Of a stretch of DNA of 64,000 nt, positions 36,510 through 46,164 are shown piece by piece. Positions within the stretch are counted from its first letter, which is position 1, and each line of letters starts with the position of its first letter. Position numbers and translations under genes: made by a program. This DNA comes from Clostridia bacterium (GTDB taxonomy: Bacteria; Bacillota; Clostridia; Christensenellales; UBA1242): the NCBI GenBank assembly GCA_900768545.1, contig CAAGDD010000004.1:83493-147492 (forward strand), in the 5' to 3' direction. The notes below the pieces were generated by a model, which ran no database searches, was not told the DNA's origin, and saw only the letters and a list, made by a program, of their open reading frames with translations.

Positions 36510-37313
36510 ATGAAGAAAAAATATTTATCAATAGCAGCGGGTCTTGCACTTGTTGTCACTGGCGGAATGTTGTTTGCTGGTTGCGGCGATGAATTTTCAA
36601 AAGGCGAAACAGTTTCAAGTGCAGATGTTTCACAATATCTTGAACAGTGCACAGAAACAACATTGGGCGAAGGCTACAAACTAGATGTTCATATTGAAGG
36701 AAATTTGGCAAAAGAATTTGGCTACGACACAATGGCATTAAAAGGAACAATGGTTTTGAAAGACGGCGTTCCACAAATGAGTTTTACAGTCAATATACCA
36801 GGTGAAAACGCCGAAGACAATCTCAACGCAGAATTGTATGTTGACGGAAACACATTTTATGTAAAAGACAATGCGTCAAGCACAAAAATCAAAACAACAA
36901 TTAGCACCGATGATCCAGAATATGCAGACTTTGTTAACGCTTTGGAAACTTTGAAAAATTATGAATCAAGCGCTCTCGGTGCTGTAAAATCTTATCTCAA
37001 CAATGAAGCGCTTTTTGCTGGTCAAAACGGAAAGAAACTTGTTGATGAAGAAACAGGCACAGAAAGATATAAATTTAGTTTCAGCCAAAAAGTATCTGGA
37101 GTTAAACAATCTGCTGTCTTGTATATCAACTTTGTTGACGGAAAATTGAGCGGGTATGATTGTGAATTTTCTGTAAAATATGGAAGAAACTCAATTTCAG
37201 TTGTTACAAAAGTTGAAACTTACACAGGCGAAGTTGAATTTCCAGCAGACCTTGATACTTATGAAGAAGTGGATACCAGCACAGACCAACCTAAAACAGA
37301 TCTTGCTGCATAA
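36510..37313 (+). CDS. Hypothetical lipoprotein
   Basis: SD AAAGGAG. Signal peptide with lipobox LFAGC. Confidence 0.7.
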   Translation: MKKKYLSIAAGLALVVTGGMLFAGCGDEFSKGETVSSADVSQYLEQCTETTLGEGYKLDVHIEGNLAKEFGYDTMALKGTMVLKDGVPQMSFTVNIPGENAEDNLNAELYVDGNTFYVKDNASSTKIKTTISTDDPEYADFVNALETLKNYESSALGAVKSYLNNEALFAGQNGKKLVDEETGTERYKFSFSQKVSGVKQSAVLYINFVDGKLSGYDCEFSVKYGRNSISVVTKVETYTGEVEFPADLDTYEEVDTSTDQPKTDLAA

Positions 37314-37504
37314 ATTTTGCAAATGAAAACAAGCAAAACAAAATTTGCTTGTTTTTTTGTTTTGTTTTAATAACAATTTTTTCGACACAAAACACACAAA
37401 AAAGAGTTGTCAAATTTTTATAAAAATTTTTGTATAAATATACATTTTTTGATTGATTTATTCATTTTGATGTGTTAAAATAATAATGCTAAGGGGAAAG
37501 TATT

Positions 37505-38104
37505 ATGGCATATCTTAATATGTTCAATTTGATCGGCTTTGACGCAAATGGTGAAGTTTGCGCGACCGAAATTTGCGATTTAAACAAATCTCGCTCAAAC
37601 TTTTTGTATCTTGTTTGCAAATATAATCTTCAATTTTTGAAAGAAAAGGGACAAGAATGTCCAGAGTTTTTCAAAGAATCTCTTTCTCGCGTTTTGGAAG
37701 CGGTTGAGCAAGGAGCAAATTACAAAAAGGCAAGAGTTGGCATTGCAAAATATTGCTTGCCAGAAGTGGAAATTTTGCTTTCTTCAAACGCGACTGACAA
37801 GGCGGTCGTTGTTGCATTAAACGAAAAAATGACACAAGTTTGCAAACCTGACGAAGTGTTGTCTTTGGTTGGAAAGCAAAAGTGCGACACAAAAGTAAAC
37901 AAAGATATGATTACATATATTATCACACACTTTGCGGGCAAGGTTGACGCCGAAATCGAAAAAGATATCAAAAATATCGATGACCCAAAAAGTTTTAGAA
38001 GACTTTTCAAAAACATTATCAAATCAAACAGCTTGGTTTTGAGCGCTCAAAAAATTCAAACTGGCGAAATTTCTTATGACCAATTTTTGCCAAAAGCAAT
38101 TTAA
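37505..38104 (+). CDS. Hypothetical protein (199 aa); no family recognised
   Basis: SD AAGGGGAAAG and a clean ORF in an otherwise non-coding gap. Confidence 0.55.
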   Translation: MAYLNMFNLIGFDANGEVCATEICDLNKSRSNFLYLVCKYNLQFLKEKGQECPEFFKESLSRVLEAVEQGANYKKARVGIAKYCLPEVEILLSSNATDKAVVVALNEKMTQVCKPDEVLSLVGKQKCDTKVNKDMITYIITHFAGKVDAEIEKDIKNIDDPKSFRRLFKNIIKSNSLVLSAQKIQTGEISYDQFLPKAI

Positions 38105-38134
38105 AAAATATTTTAAAAATTTGTTAAGAAATGC

Positions 38135-38163
38135 TTGACAAAGCAAGTTATTTTATATAAAAT
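38135..38163 (+). promoter_or_regulatory. Sigma-A-type promoter TTGACA-17 nt-TAAAAT for rplM-rpsI
   Basis: -35 at 38135-38140 and -10 at 38158-38163. A ~160-nt leader follows. Confidence 0.5.
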
Positions 38164-38324
38164 ATAATCGTCTTTATTTTGAAGGCGATTTTTTATTGTT
38201 AGCCCCAAGAGAAAGTTGACTTCGAAATAGATTATGACAAGACTTACTGGCAAAGACTTGTCGAAAAACTTAAAGCGTGAATTTTAAGTTATATTAGATT
38301 ATCAATTCAAATTAGGAGAAATAA

Positions 38325-38768
38325 ATGAAAACATATATGGCAAATCCAGCCTCTGTTGAAAGAAAATGGTATGTTGTAGATGCTACAAATATGCCACTCG
38401 GCAGACTTGCAAGCCAAGTTGCTGACATCTTGACTGGAAAAAATAAAACTATTTACACACCACATGTTGACACAGGAGATTTTGTTATCGTTATCAATTC
38501 TGACAAAGTGGTTTTGACAGGCAAAAAGCTTGAACAAAAGAAAATGCGTTGGCACACAGGTTACATCGGCGGACTTAAAGAAGTTGATTACAAAACTTTG
38601 ATGGAAAAAGATTCTACAAAAGTTGTTGAAAAGGCCGTTAAAGGAATGCTTCCTAAAAACACTGTTGGAAGAAAACAAATCACAAGACTCAACGTTTATA
38701 AAGATGCAGAACACAAGCATCAAGCTCAAAAACCAGAACTTGTTTCTTTAAAAGGAGAAATTAAATAA
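38325..38768 (+). CDS. rplM: 50S ribosomal protein L13
   Basis: [20 protein letters not shown]... is a typical L13 sequence. Confidence 0.97.
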   Translation: MKTYMANPASVERKWYVVDATNMPLGRLASQVADILTGKNKTIYTPHVDTGDFVIVINSDKVVLTGKKLEQKKMRWHTGYIGGLKEVDYKTLMEKDSTKVVEKAVKGMLPKNTVGRKQITRLNVYKDAEHKHQAQKPELVSLKGEIK

Positions 38769-39175
38769 TGGCTGAAAAGAAACAATCAAAAGGTGCTTTT
38801 ATTGCTACCGGAAGAAGAAAAAAATCTATCGCTAGAGTTAGACTTACTGCTGGAAACGGCAAAATCGTTATCAATGGCAAAAACATCGATGAATATCTCC
38901 AAAGAGATACTCTCATCTTGATCGCTAAACAACCTTTGACTCTTACAAACACTGCTGACAAGTTTGATGTTGAAGTTAGCGTTATCGGCGGCGGAATTTC
39001 TGGACAAGCTGGTGCAGTTTGCCACGGAATCGCTAGAGCTTTGCTTAAAGTTTCTGAAACTTATAGAAAAGAACTTAAAGATGCTGGACTTCTTACTCGT
39101 GACCCAAGAATGAAAGAAAGAAAGAAGTATGGTCTCAAAAAAGCAAGAAAAGCATCACAATTCTCAAAGAGATAA
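38768..39175 (+). CDS. rpsI: 30S ribosomal protein S9
   Basis: [19 protein letters not shown]...[24 protein letters not shown] is a typical S9 sequence. It overlaps the rplM stop by 1 nt. Confidence 0.97.
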   Translation: MAEKKQSKGAFIATGRRKKSIARVRLTAGNGKIVINGKNIDEYLQRDTLILIAKQPLTLTNTADKFDVEVSVIGGGISGQAGAVCHGIARALLKVSETYRKELKDAGLLTRDPRMKERKKYGLKKARKASQFSKR

Positions 39176-39187
39176 TGTTTTTATTTC

Positions 39188-39219
39188 AAAAACACAACCG
39201 ATTTTGGTTGTGTTTTTTT
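39188..39219 (+). terminator. Intrinsic terminator after rpsI
   Basis: ACACAACC-gatttt-GGTTGTGT followed by T7. Confidence 0.75.
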
Positions 39220-39358
39220 GTTTTGTAAGTGGAAGGTTTGATAAAAGAAAGGTGCAAGGAAAACCAAACGGCAAAATATTTTGAATGCTTGCAAAAATTT
39301 TGTGTTTTTGTTTGCAAAAATTTTGAGTTTTATTTTATAATATTGTCAGGAGGTTTTT

Positions 39359-40363
39359 ATGAAAAAGAAAAACAAAATTTTGGCTGGTTTGGTTCTCACT
39401 GGCGTGCTTGCCACAAGCGGAATCTTCTTTGGTTGTGGCGGTAACAAGGGTGGAAACGATCCACTTGCAAACACAAGCGATGTATATGGCTTTGCTGGCG
39501 TGACAACAAGTATGCTTATGGCAAACGACAATGTTAATGGAGCAATGGTTTCTGCACTTTCGACAGAAAATCCTTTTGGCGAAATTAAAGCCCAACTTCA
39601 AACAGCAATTACTAAAACAATGGATAGTTATATGAATTTGTTTGACTCTGTTGCTGGCGGAGAAAAACCTGTTAATGTTGTCAATGAAAAGTTGGTAGAT
39701 CAAGAATATGCTCACAAGTTGACTGTTTCTGCAAGCATGATTGACGGACAAACCACAAAATGTGTTATATATTTTAATGAAACATTGAAAAACGCAGCTG
39801 ACACAGAAGTTGACGACACAGATGACGAAGACCAAGAAACAGTTTTGGTAGGAAAAATGTATTTAAATGATTCTGAAACAGCCCTTTATGTTAAAGGTGT
39901 TAAAGAAATCGACGCTGACGGCGAAGTTGAAGTTGAGTTTAAAGCTTATGCCACAAGTGATTATGATGACAACAATGTTGTTATTTTCAAACAAGAACAC
40001 GAAGTTGAAGGCGGCGAAACTGAAGAAGAATATTCTATCAAAGTTGTTATTGGCGGCATTACAGTTCACGAATTTAAATTCTCGCTTGAAAGAGATGTAA
40101 ACGGAAAAATTGAAGTTGAATATGAACAAACTGTAAATGGTCAAACTATCGAATTTGAAGTTGAAAGAGAATCTGACAAGTCTTTGAAAATTGAAGCAAA
40201 AAACTTTTTGGGACACGAAATCGAAGTTGAAGTTAAAGTAAAAAGTGAAGTTGAAGGAAAATATTATTATCAATACACTATCACAAAAATCGACGATAAA
40301 GATGTTACTTTATATGAAATGACTTTCTCTGGAACTACAAGAGATTTGGCTCAACAAGCATAA
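39359..40363 (+). CDS. Hypothetical acidic lipoprotein
   Basis: SD AGGAGG. Lipobox FFGC. The C-terminal half has repetitive (E/K)VEVE beta-strand-like periodicity. Confidence 0.7.
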   Translation: MKKKNKILAGLVLTGVLATSGIFFGCGGNKGGNDPLANTSDVYGFAGVTTSMLMANDNVNGAMVSALSTENPFGEIKAQLQTAITKTMDSYMNLFDSVAGGEKPVNVVNEKLVDQEYAHKLTVSASMIDGQTTKCVIYFNETLKNAADTEVDDTDDEDQETVLVGKMYLNDSETALYVKGVKEIDADGEVEVEFKAYATSDYDDNNVVIFKQEHEVEGGETEEEYSIKVVIGGITVHEFKFSLERDVNGKIEVEYEQTVNGQTIEFEVERESDKSLKIEAKNFLGHEIEVEVKVKSEVEGKYYYQYTITKIDDKDVTLYEMTFSGTTRDLAQQA

Positions 40364-40370
40364 ATAAAAG

Positions 40371-40397
40371 GTGCAACAAGTGTTGCACTTTTTTTTT
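40371..40397 (+). terminator. Intrinsic terminator
   Basis: GTGCAACA-ag-TGTTGCAC followed by T9. Confidence 0.7.
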
Positions 40398-40430
40398 GCA
40401 AAAATCTTTTGAATGTGTTATAATAATATT

Positions 40431-41303
40431 ATGGAAAAGATTTATGATGTTTTGATTATTGGCGGTGGTGTCGGCGGAATGTCGGCAGCAATTTATGCCA
40501 AAAGAAATGGAAAAAGTGTTTTGATTGTTGAAAAATCGGCTTTGGGCGGACAGGTTGCAAGTTTGCAAAAGATTGAAAACTTCCCTTCTCAAAAACAAAT
40601 TGACGGATTTTCACTTTCACAAATGTTTGCTTCGCAAGTAAAAAATTTGGGGATTGAAGTTTGTTTTGATGACATTCAAAAGGTGAATTTTGACGGCGAA
40701 ATTAAACAAATTTTTGGCAAAAAATCGACTTATTTGGCAAAAAATGTTGTGATTGCTTGCGGGCTTAAAAGTGTCGAACTCGACGCAATGGACGAAAAAT
40801 TTTTGGGCAATGGTGTAAGTTTTTGTGCTGTGTGTGATGCAAACTTTTTCAAAGGACAAACTGTTTGTGTTGCAAGCAAAAACGGCAGCGGGCTTGGCGA
40901 AGCGAGAGTTTTGTCGGCAGTGTGCAAAAATGTGATTTTGTTTGATAGTGGCGATTTGTCAGTCTTTGAAAAAAACAACAAGATTTCAAATCTTCAAGTT
41001 TTTTCTTGCTCGAAAATAATAAAAATCTTGGGTGAAAATGTTGTTGACGGCGTTGAAGTTGATGTTGACGGAAAAGTGCAAAAATTTGATGTCAAAGCGG
41101 TGTTTGTGGCTCTTGGAAAACTTCCAAATACAAAACTTTTTGAAGGTCAACTTGATCTTGACGAAAAAGGCTTTATCAAGACAGATGAAAATATGCGCAC
41201 ATCAAAAAATGGGGTTTTTGCCGTTGGAGATGTGCGAAATGGCGTGCTTAAACAAATTGTGACGGCCTGCGCAGACGGGAGCATTGCTGGCGCGAATGTA
41301 TAA
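40431..41303 (+). CDS. trxB: Thioredoxin-disulfide reductase-like flavoprotein
   Basis: FAD motif DVLIIGGGVGGMSAA, redox motif CAVCD and C-terminal GDV motif. The ATG at 40431 is preferred over the track start. Confidence 0.82.
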   Translation: MEKIYDVLIIGGGVGGMSAAIYAKRNGKSVLIVEKSALGGQVASLQKIENFPSQKQIDGFSLSQMFASQVKNLGIEVCFDDIQKVNFDGEIKQIFGKKSTYLAKNVVIACGLKSVELDAMDEKFLGNGVSFCAVCDANFFKGQTVCVASKNGSGLGEARVLSAVCKNVILFDSGDLSVFEKNNKISNLQVFSCSKIIKILGENVVDGVEVDVDGKVQKFDVKAVFVALGKLPNTKLFEGQLDLDEKGFIKTDENMRTSKNGVFAVGDVRNGVLKQIVTACADGSIAGANV

Positions 41304-41476
41304 ATTTTGACAAGTTTGCTTATTTTGTGGCAAACTTGTTTTTTTTGTCATAAAAAAGACTATGGAAAAAGAAAAGAAATCAAACATCAAAATTATTTGT
41401 ATCAAGGCTCCAAGATGGTCTGTGCCATTTTTGAAGTTGTTTTACAAAAAAGACAAAAATGTTTCAAAATAGCAAG

Positions 41477-41613
41477 CGGGCGGGCAAGACTTTGCCCCGT
41501 GCCGGGGCAAAGTGAAAATTTCGACACAAGGGTGCAGCCAAATGGTGTGCGCGGTTCTTTTTTTGTCGAAATTTTTTGCACGCACGGCGCACTCGCGCGT
41601 GCCTTGCCCGCCG
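41477..41613. repeat. GC-rich four-helix palindromic element, copy H
   Basis: Closing stem CGGGCGGGCAAG/CTTGCCCGCCG. Internal stems CTTTGCCCCG-tgc-CGGGGCAAAG, AAAATTTCGACA/TGTCGAAATTTT and GCACGC/GCGTGC. Confidence 0.8.
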
Positions 41614-41720
41614 TCTCCCGAAAATTTGCAAAAACAAACTCAAAAGATTTGCAATTATTGAAATAAAAAGATATAATAAGGTTGTAAAGATGCAATAATA
41701 TTGCAAAATAGGAGTTTGAA

Positions 41721-42425
41721 ATGAGAAGATTTTTTGGAGAAAAGAAAAACGACAAAATTGTTATAACAGGTGAAGAATACAATCATCTTCGAAATGTTTT
41801 GAGATTGAATGTTGGCGACGAAATTTTGGTTTCTCTCAATGACGAAAATGAATATGCTTGTGAAATCACATCTTTTGGCAGAAACGACGCAGTTTGCAAA
41901 ATTATCGGTTCAAAACCTTGTGACGGAAATCCAAGAAAGAATATTGTTATTTTTCAAGCGATCACAAAAAGACCAAAATTTGAATTTATTGTTCAAAAAG
42001 CGACTGAAATCGGAATTACAAAAATCGTTCCTTTTGTGAGCGAATTTGTTATTGCAAAAGTCACAGAAAACAAAATGGACAGACTTGAATCTATCGCTAT
42101 GAACGCATGCAAACAATGCGAAAGAACAATTATGCCAATTATTGACAAACCAAAAAATATCGATGAAGTCATCGCTTCTTTCAAAGATTTTGATCTTATT
42201 TTGTTTGCAAATGAACGAGCCGACAAAGGTGAAGCAATCGCAAATCTCGACAAATATAAAAATATCGCTATCATTGTTGGATCAGAAGGCGGATTCTCAC
42301 AAAAAGAAAAAGAAAAATTTATCGAAGCGGGCGCCACATCTATCAGCCTTGGCAGAAGAATTTATCGTTGCGAAACAGCGTCTGTTGCGATGATGAGTCT
42401 TGTTTCAATTTTAAGTGGAAACTAA
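41721..42425 (+). CDS. rsmE: 16S rRNA (uracil1498-N3)-methyltransferase
   Basis: C-terminal SPOUT motif GSEGGFSQKE...LGRRIYRCETA. It sits in rsmE-mtaB-rpsU synteny, as in Bacillus yqeU-yqeV-rpsU. Confidence 0.85.
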   Translation: MRRFFGEKKNDKIVITGEEYNHLRNVLRLNVGDEILVSLNDENEYACEITSFGRNDAVCKIIGSKPCDGNPRKNIVIFQAITKRPKFEFIVQKATEIGITKIVPFVSEFVIAKVTENKMDRLESIAMNACKQCERTIMPIIDKPKNIDEVIASFKDFDLILFANERADKGEAIANLDKYKNIAIIVGSEGGFSQKEKEKFIEAGATSISLGRRIYRCETASVAMMSLVSILSGN

Positions 42426-42426
42426 T

Positions 42427-43665
42427 ATGAAAATCGCAGTTGTAACTCTTGGCTGTAAAGTAAACAAATATGAAAGTGATGCGCTTGTTTTTGAACTTAA
42501 AAAGCGTGGCTATGAAACAACGGACAAACTCGAATTTGCTGATGCTTATGTGGTCAATTCTTGTGCAGTGACAAACGAAGCAGAAAAAAAATCTCGCCAA
42601 ATGTTGGAGCGTGTGAGAAAACTCAATCCAAACGCAAAGATATATGTTATGGGCTGTGCAAGCCAAAACAATCCTGAAAAGTTTGTTGAAAAAGGGGCAC
42701 AATTTGTTGTTGGCACAGCAAACAAACAAAAAATTTTGGACGATTTAGAAAACGTTGGCACGCATATATATGACTTTCCAAAACAATATGAAGACGACTT
42801 GTTTTCGGCTCAAAGTCTGTCGCGTGCATACATAAAAATTCAAGACGGGTGCAACAACTTTTGCACTTATTGTCTTATTCCTTATCTTCGTGGCAGAAGC
42901 CGCTCGCGCAGCCTTGAAAGTATTGTTGACGAAGTGTCAAAATTGCCAGAAAATGTCAAAGAAGTCGTGCTTGTTGGCATTGATGTTTCAGACTTTCAAA
43001 TTGACGGGGAAAAGGCCCTCGGCACGCTTTTAAAATCTCTTGACGGCTTTGGAAAGCGTCTTCGTCTTTCGTCTATGGAAGACAATTTGATTAGTGACGA
43101 ATTTTTAGAAATTTTGGCAAGTTTGAAAAACTTTTGCCCACATTTTCACTTGTCTTTGCAAAGTGGTTGTGACAATGTTTTGAAAAAAATGAACAGAAAA
43201 TACACGACTGCACAATTTGAAGAAAGTGTAAACAAAATTCGAAAATATTTTCCAAACGCAGGCATAACAACAGATATTATCGTTGGCTTCCCAACCGAAA
43301 CTGATGAAGATTTTGAAACAACAATGAAGTTTGTTGAAAAAATCAAATTTTCACAGTTGCACATTTTCCCTTATTCAAAACGAAACGGGACTGCGGCAGC
43401 AAAACTTTATAAAGATTTGTCAGGGAATATCAAAACTCAAAGACTTAAACGCCTTGAAGAACTTGGCAAAAAACTTGGTCTTGATTTTATAAATCAAAAC
43501 AAAACGGGAAAGGTCTTGATTGAAGAATTTGCTGACGGATATTTTGAAGGATACACAGAAAATTATATAAAATGTTTCTTGCAAGGCGATTTTGAAGTTG
43601 GCGATATTGTTGATGTAAAAATAATCAAACCTTTCAAAAATGGTGCTTTGTGCGAAAAGATTTGA
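42427..43665 (+). CDS. mtaB: Radical-SAM methylthiotransferase (MtaB-type, tRNA t6A37)
   Basis: N-terminal MTTase domain (VVTLGCKVNKYES) and radical-SAM CNNFCTYC. The MtaB assignment rests on synteny. ATG at 42427. Confidence 0.82.
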   Translation: MKIAVVTLGCKVNKYESDALVFELKKRGYETTDKLEFADAYVVNSCAVTNEAEKKSRQMLERVRKLNPNAKIYVMGCASQNNPEKFVEKGAQFVVGTANKQKILDDLENVGTHIYDFPKQYEDDLFSAQSLSRAYIKIQDGCNNFCTYCLIPYLRGRSRSRSLESIVDEVSKLPENVKEVVLVGIDVSDFQIDGEKALGTLLKSLDGFGKRLRLSSMEDNLISDEFLEILASLKNFCPHFHLSLQSGCDNVLKKMNRKYTTAQFEESVNKIRKYFPNAGITTDIIVGFPTETDEDFETTMKFVEKIKFSQLHIFPYSKRNGTAAAKLYKDLSGNIKTQRLKRLEELGKKLGLDFINQNKTGKVLIEEFADGYFEGYTENYIKCFLQGDFEVGDIVDVKIIKPFKNGALCEKI

Positions 43666-43737
43666 CAAAATGGTTGACATTTGCCACAAAATATGTTATA
43701 TTTGACGCAGAAATGAACTTGGAAGGTGGTGAGAGAA

Positions 43738-43920
43738 GTGACAACAGTTAAAGTAGGCGAAAACGAAAGTCTTGAAAGCGCACTTAAACGCTTTAAGAGA
43801 AAATGTCAAAAAGACGGCATTATCGGAGATATTAGAAAGAAAGAAGCTTATGACAAGCCAAGCGTAGCTAAAAAGAAAAAGAGCGAAAACGCTAGAAAAA
43901 GAGCTAGAAAAAGAGGCTAA
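43738..43920 (+). CDS. rpsU: 30S ribosomal protein S21
   Basis: [25 protein letters not shown]...[19 protein letters not shown] is a typical S21 sequence. A GTG start at 43738 is likely (SD GGAAGGTGG); 43726 is also possible. Confidence 0.85.
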   Translation: MTTVKVGENESLESALKRFKRKCQKDGIIGDIRKKEAYDKPSVAKKKKSENARKRARKRG

Positions 43921-43925
43921 AAATT

Positions 43926-43950
43926 AGACAGACTTTGGTCTGTCTTTTTT
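43926..43950 (+). terminator. Intrinsic terminator after rpsU
   Basis: AGACAGAC-tttg-GTCTGTCT followed by T6. Confidence 0.75.
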
Positions 43951-44039
43951 GTTGTTTTAATTTAAAATTTTGTCAAAAAAATCAAAACTTTAAAAGCATT
44001 TTGTTTGCAGAATTGTATTTCGTGTGATATCATATTGAT

Positions 44040-46163
44040 ATGAGTAATTTTGATTTCGAAACGCTCAACGATGAGCAGAAAAAAGCACTTGTTCAAACTG
44101 AAGGAGTTGTGCTTGTGACAGCGGGTGCTGGCAGCGGCAAAACACGCCTTTTGACTCACCGCATCGGCTATCTTTTGCAAAAGGGTGTTTCACCTTTCAA
44201 TATCTTGGCAATCACCTTCACAAACAAGGCGACAAATGAGATGAAAACTCGTATCGCACAGATGTGTGATGTTCCAATTTGGATCTCGACTTTTCACTCA
44301 ATGTGTGTGCGAATTTTGAGAAACGAAATCGACCATTTGGACGGTTATACAAAAAATTTTTCAATCATCGATGATGCCGACCGTGACAAGATTTTGAAAG
44401 AACTTTTGAAAAAATATCAGTGTGAAGATGACGACAAAGAAAATGTCGAAAAACATATTGACAATATCAAAAACAAAGGTCTTGACATTGATGAATATTT
44501 TTCATCACTTCGCCAATATTTGCCAGCACAAGGACTGAAAATTTATCAACAAATTTGTTATGATTATGAAGATTATTTACACAAAAACAACTCGCTCGAT
44601 TTTGACGATTTGTTAAACAAAACTCTCTTTTTGTTTTGTAATTATAGAGATGTTTTAGACAAATATGCACAGCGTTTTCGTTATATTTTGGTCGATGAAT
44701 TTCAAGACACAAACCTTGTTCAATACAAACTGATAAAAATGCTTTGCCACATTCACAAAAACTTGTTTGTTGTGGGCGATGAAGACCAATGCATTTATTC
44801 TTGGCGCGGAGCAAATTTTGAAAATATTTTCAATTTAAAGAAAGATTTTGACGATGTAAAAGTGTTTAAACTTGAACAAAATTATCGCTCGAGCAAAAAC
44901 ATTTTGACAATGGCAAACAATGTTATTGCAAATAATCGTCAGCGTCTTGACAAAAATTTGTGGACTCAAAAAGATAACGGCGAGCCGCCAGTGATTTATG
45001 CTGCGTTTGACGAGCGTGATGAAGCGATGTTTGTGGCAAGCACAATCGAAAATATGGTGTGCGAAGGTTATTCTTACAATGATTTCGCGGTGCTTATGCG
45101 TGTAAATGCCTTGTCGCGAACTTTGGAAGAAGGACTTTTGGCTTACCAAATTCCTTACAAACTTTTTGGCGGATTTAAGTTTTATGAACGCGCCGAAGTC
45201 AAAATTGTTTTGGCTTATCTTTCAATTTTTTCAAATCATCAAGATGACATTTCACTTTTCAAAGTGATAAACTTTCCAAAGCGTGGCATCGGCGAAGTAG
45301 CAATTTCAAATTTACAAGACGAAGCGGGTGATTTGAGCGTGATAAATTATCTTTTGTCAGACAAATTTGAGTTTTCAAAATACAAATCAAAACTTTCAAA
45401 ATTTGTTGAAACATTCAAGGCTTTGCAAGCAGAGAAAGACAGTTTGTCACTTTATGATTTTGTAAAGAGAGTTGTTAGTGATTTTGGCATCGATATGGCT
45501 TATGCTGGAAAAGATGAAGAGTCACAAAACAAACTTGAAAATATCGGCAGCCTGCTCGCTGGCGTTCAAGAATATTGCGACGAAAACGACGACGCAAATT
45601 TGGAAGATTATTTGGCAGAAGTTATGCTCAAAAGTGATACTGACAATATTCAAGAAGACGGCAGCGTCACTCTTGCGACCGTTCACGCTGTGAAAGGGCT
45701 TGAATTTAAAGTTGTGTTTGTCGTTGGACTTGAAGAAGGAATTTTTCCACTTGCGCGCTCAAACAACAGCGAAAGCGAACTTGAAGAAGAACGCCGACTT
45801 ATGTATGTTGCTATCACGCGTGCTGAAAACAAGATATTTTTAATTCACGCAGCAAAGCGATTTATGTATGGAAAGTCGAGTTATCAAAAAGAAAGCCGCT
45901 TTTTGGCAGAACTCGGCATAGTTGACAAAGCAAAGCCAAAAAAGAGCACGCCAGCAGCGAAAAACAGCTTTTTTGTTGAAGATAAAGAAGAAACTTTCGA
46001 CAGCGGCTATAAAGAAGGTGACAAAGTTTTTCACAGCCGTTTTGGAATTGGAAAAATCGTCAATATTTCAGATGACGGACTTGTGGCAGATATCGATTTT
46101 GAAGATGTTGGCACAAAGAGTTTGATGCTCAATTTGGCTAGTTTAGAAAAGGTGGAAGATTGA
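44040..46163 (+). CDS. pcrA: ATP-dependent DNA helicase PcrA (UvrD family)
   Basis: Motif I AGAGSGKT plus VDEFQDTN, YRS and VHAVKGLEF. It lies upstream of ligA, as in Firmicutes. Confidence 0.92.
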   Translation: MSNFDFETLNDEQKKALVQTEGVVLVTAGAGSGKTRLLTHRIGYLLQKGVSPFNILAITFTNKATNEMKTRIAQMCDVPIWISTFHSMCVRILRNEIDHLDGYTKNFSIIDDADRDKILKELLKKYQCEDDDKENVEKHIDNIKNKGLDIDEYFSSLRQYLPAQGLKIYQQICYDYEDYLHKNNSLDFDDLLNKTLFLFCNYRDVLDKYAQRFRYILVDEFQDTNLVQYKLIKMLCHIHKNLFVVGDEDQCIYSWRGANFENIFNLKKDFDDVKVFKLEQNYRSSKNILTMANNVIANNRQRLDKNLWTQKDNGEPPVIYAAFDERDEAMFVASTIENMVCEGYSYNDFAVLMRVNALSRTLEEGLLAYQIPYKLFGGFKFYERAEVKIVLAYLSIFSNHQDDISLFKVINFPKRGIGEVAISNLQDEAGDLSVINYLLSDKFEFSKYKSKLSKFVETFKALQAEKDSLSLYDFVKRVVSDFGIDMAYAGKDEESQNKLENIGSLLAGVQEYCDENDDANLEDYLAEVMLKSDTDNIQEDGSVTLATVHAVKGLEFKVVFVVGLEEGIFPLARSNNSESELEEERRLMYVAITRAENKIFLIHAAKRFMYGKSSYQKESRFLAELGIVDKAKPKKSTPAAKNSFFVEDKEETFDSGYKEGDKVFHSRFGIGKIVNISDDGLVADIDFEDVGTKSLMLNLASLEKVED

Positions 46164-46164
46164 T

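Noticed and set aside
38164-38324. An early terminator-like hairpin (ATCGTC..GGCGAT followed by T6, 38167-38194) as an attenuator in the rplM leader.
   Set aside because: The predicted transcription start lies about 7 nt after the -10 box, which falls within the 5' arm of the hairpin. The hairpin would probably not be fully transcribed, and I cannot confirm similarity to the known L13 leader by eye.
11256-41613. Whether the recurrent GC-rich repeats are a CRISPR array or its remnants.
   Set aside because: The copies are 120-155 nt long, internally palindromic and multi-branched. They are kilobases apart, one per intergenic region, and have no regular repeat-spacer periodicity. No cas genes lie in the window.
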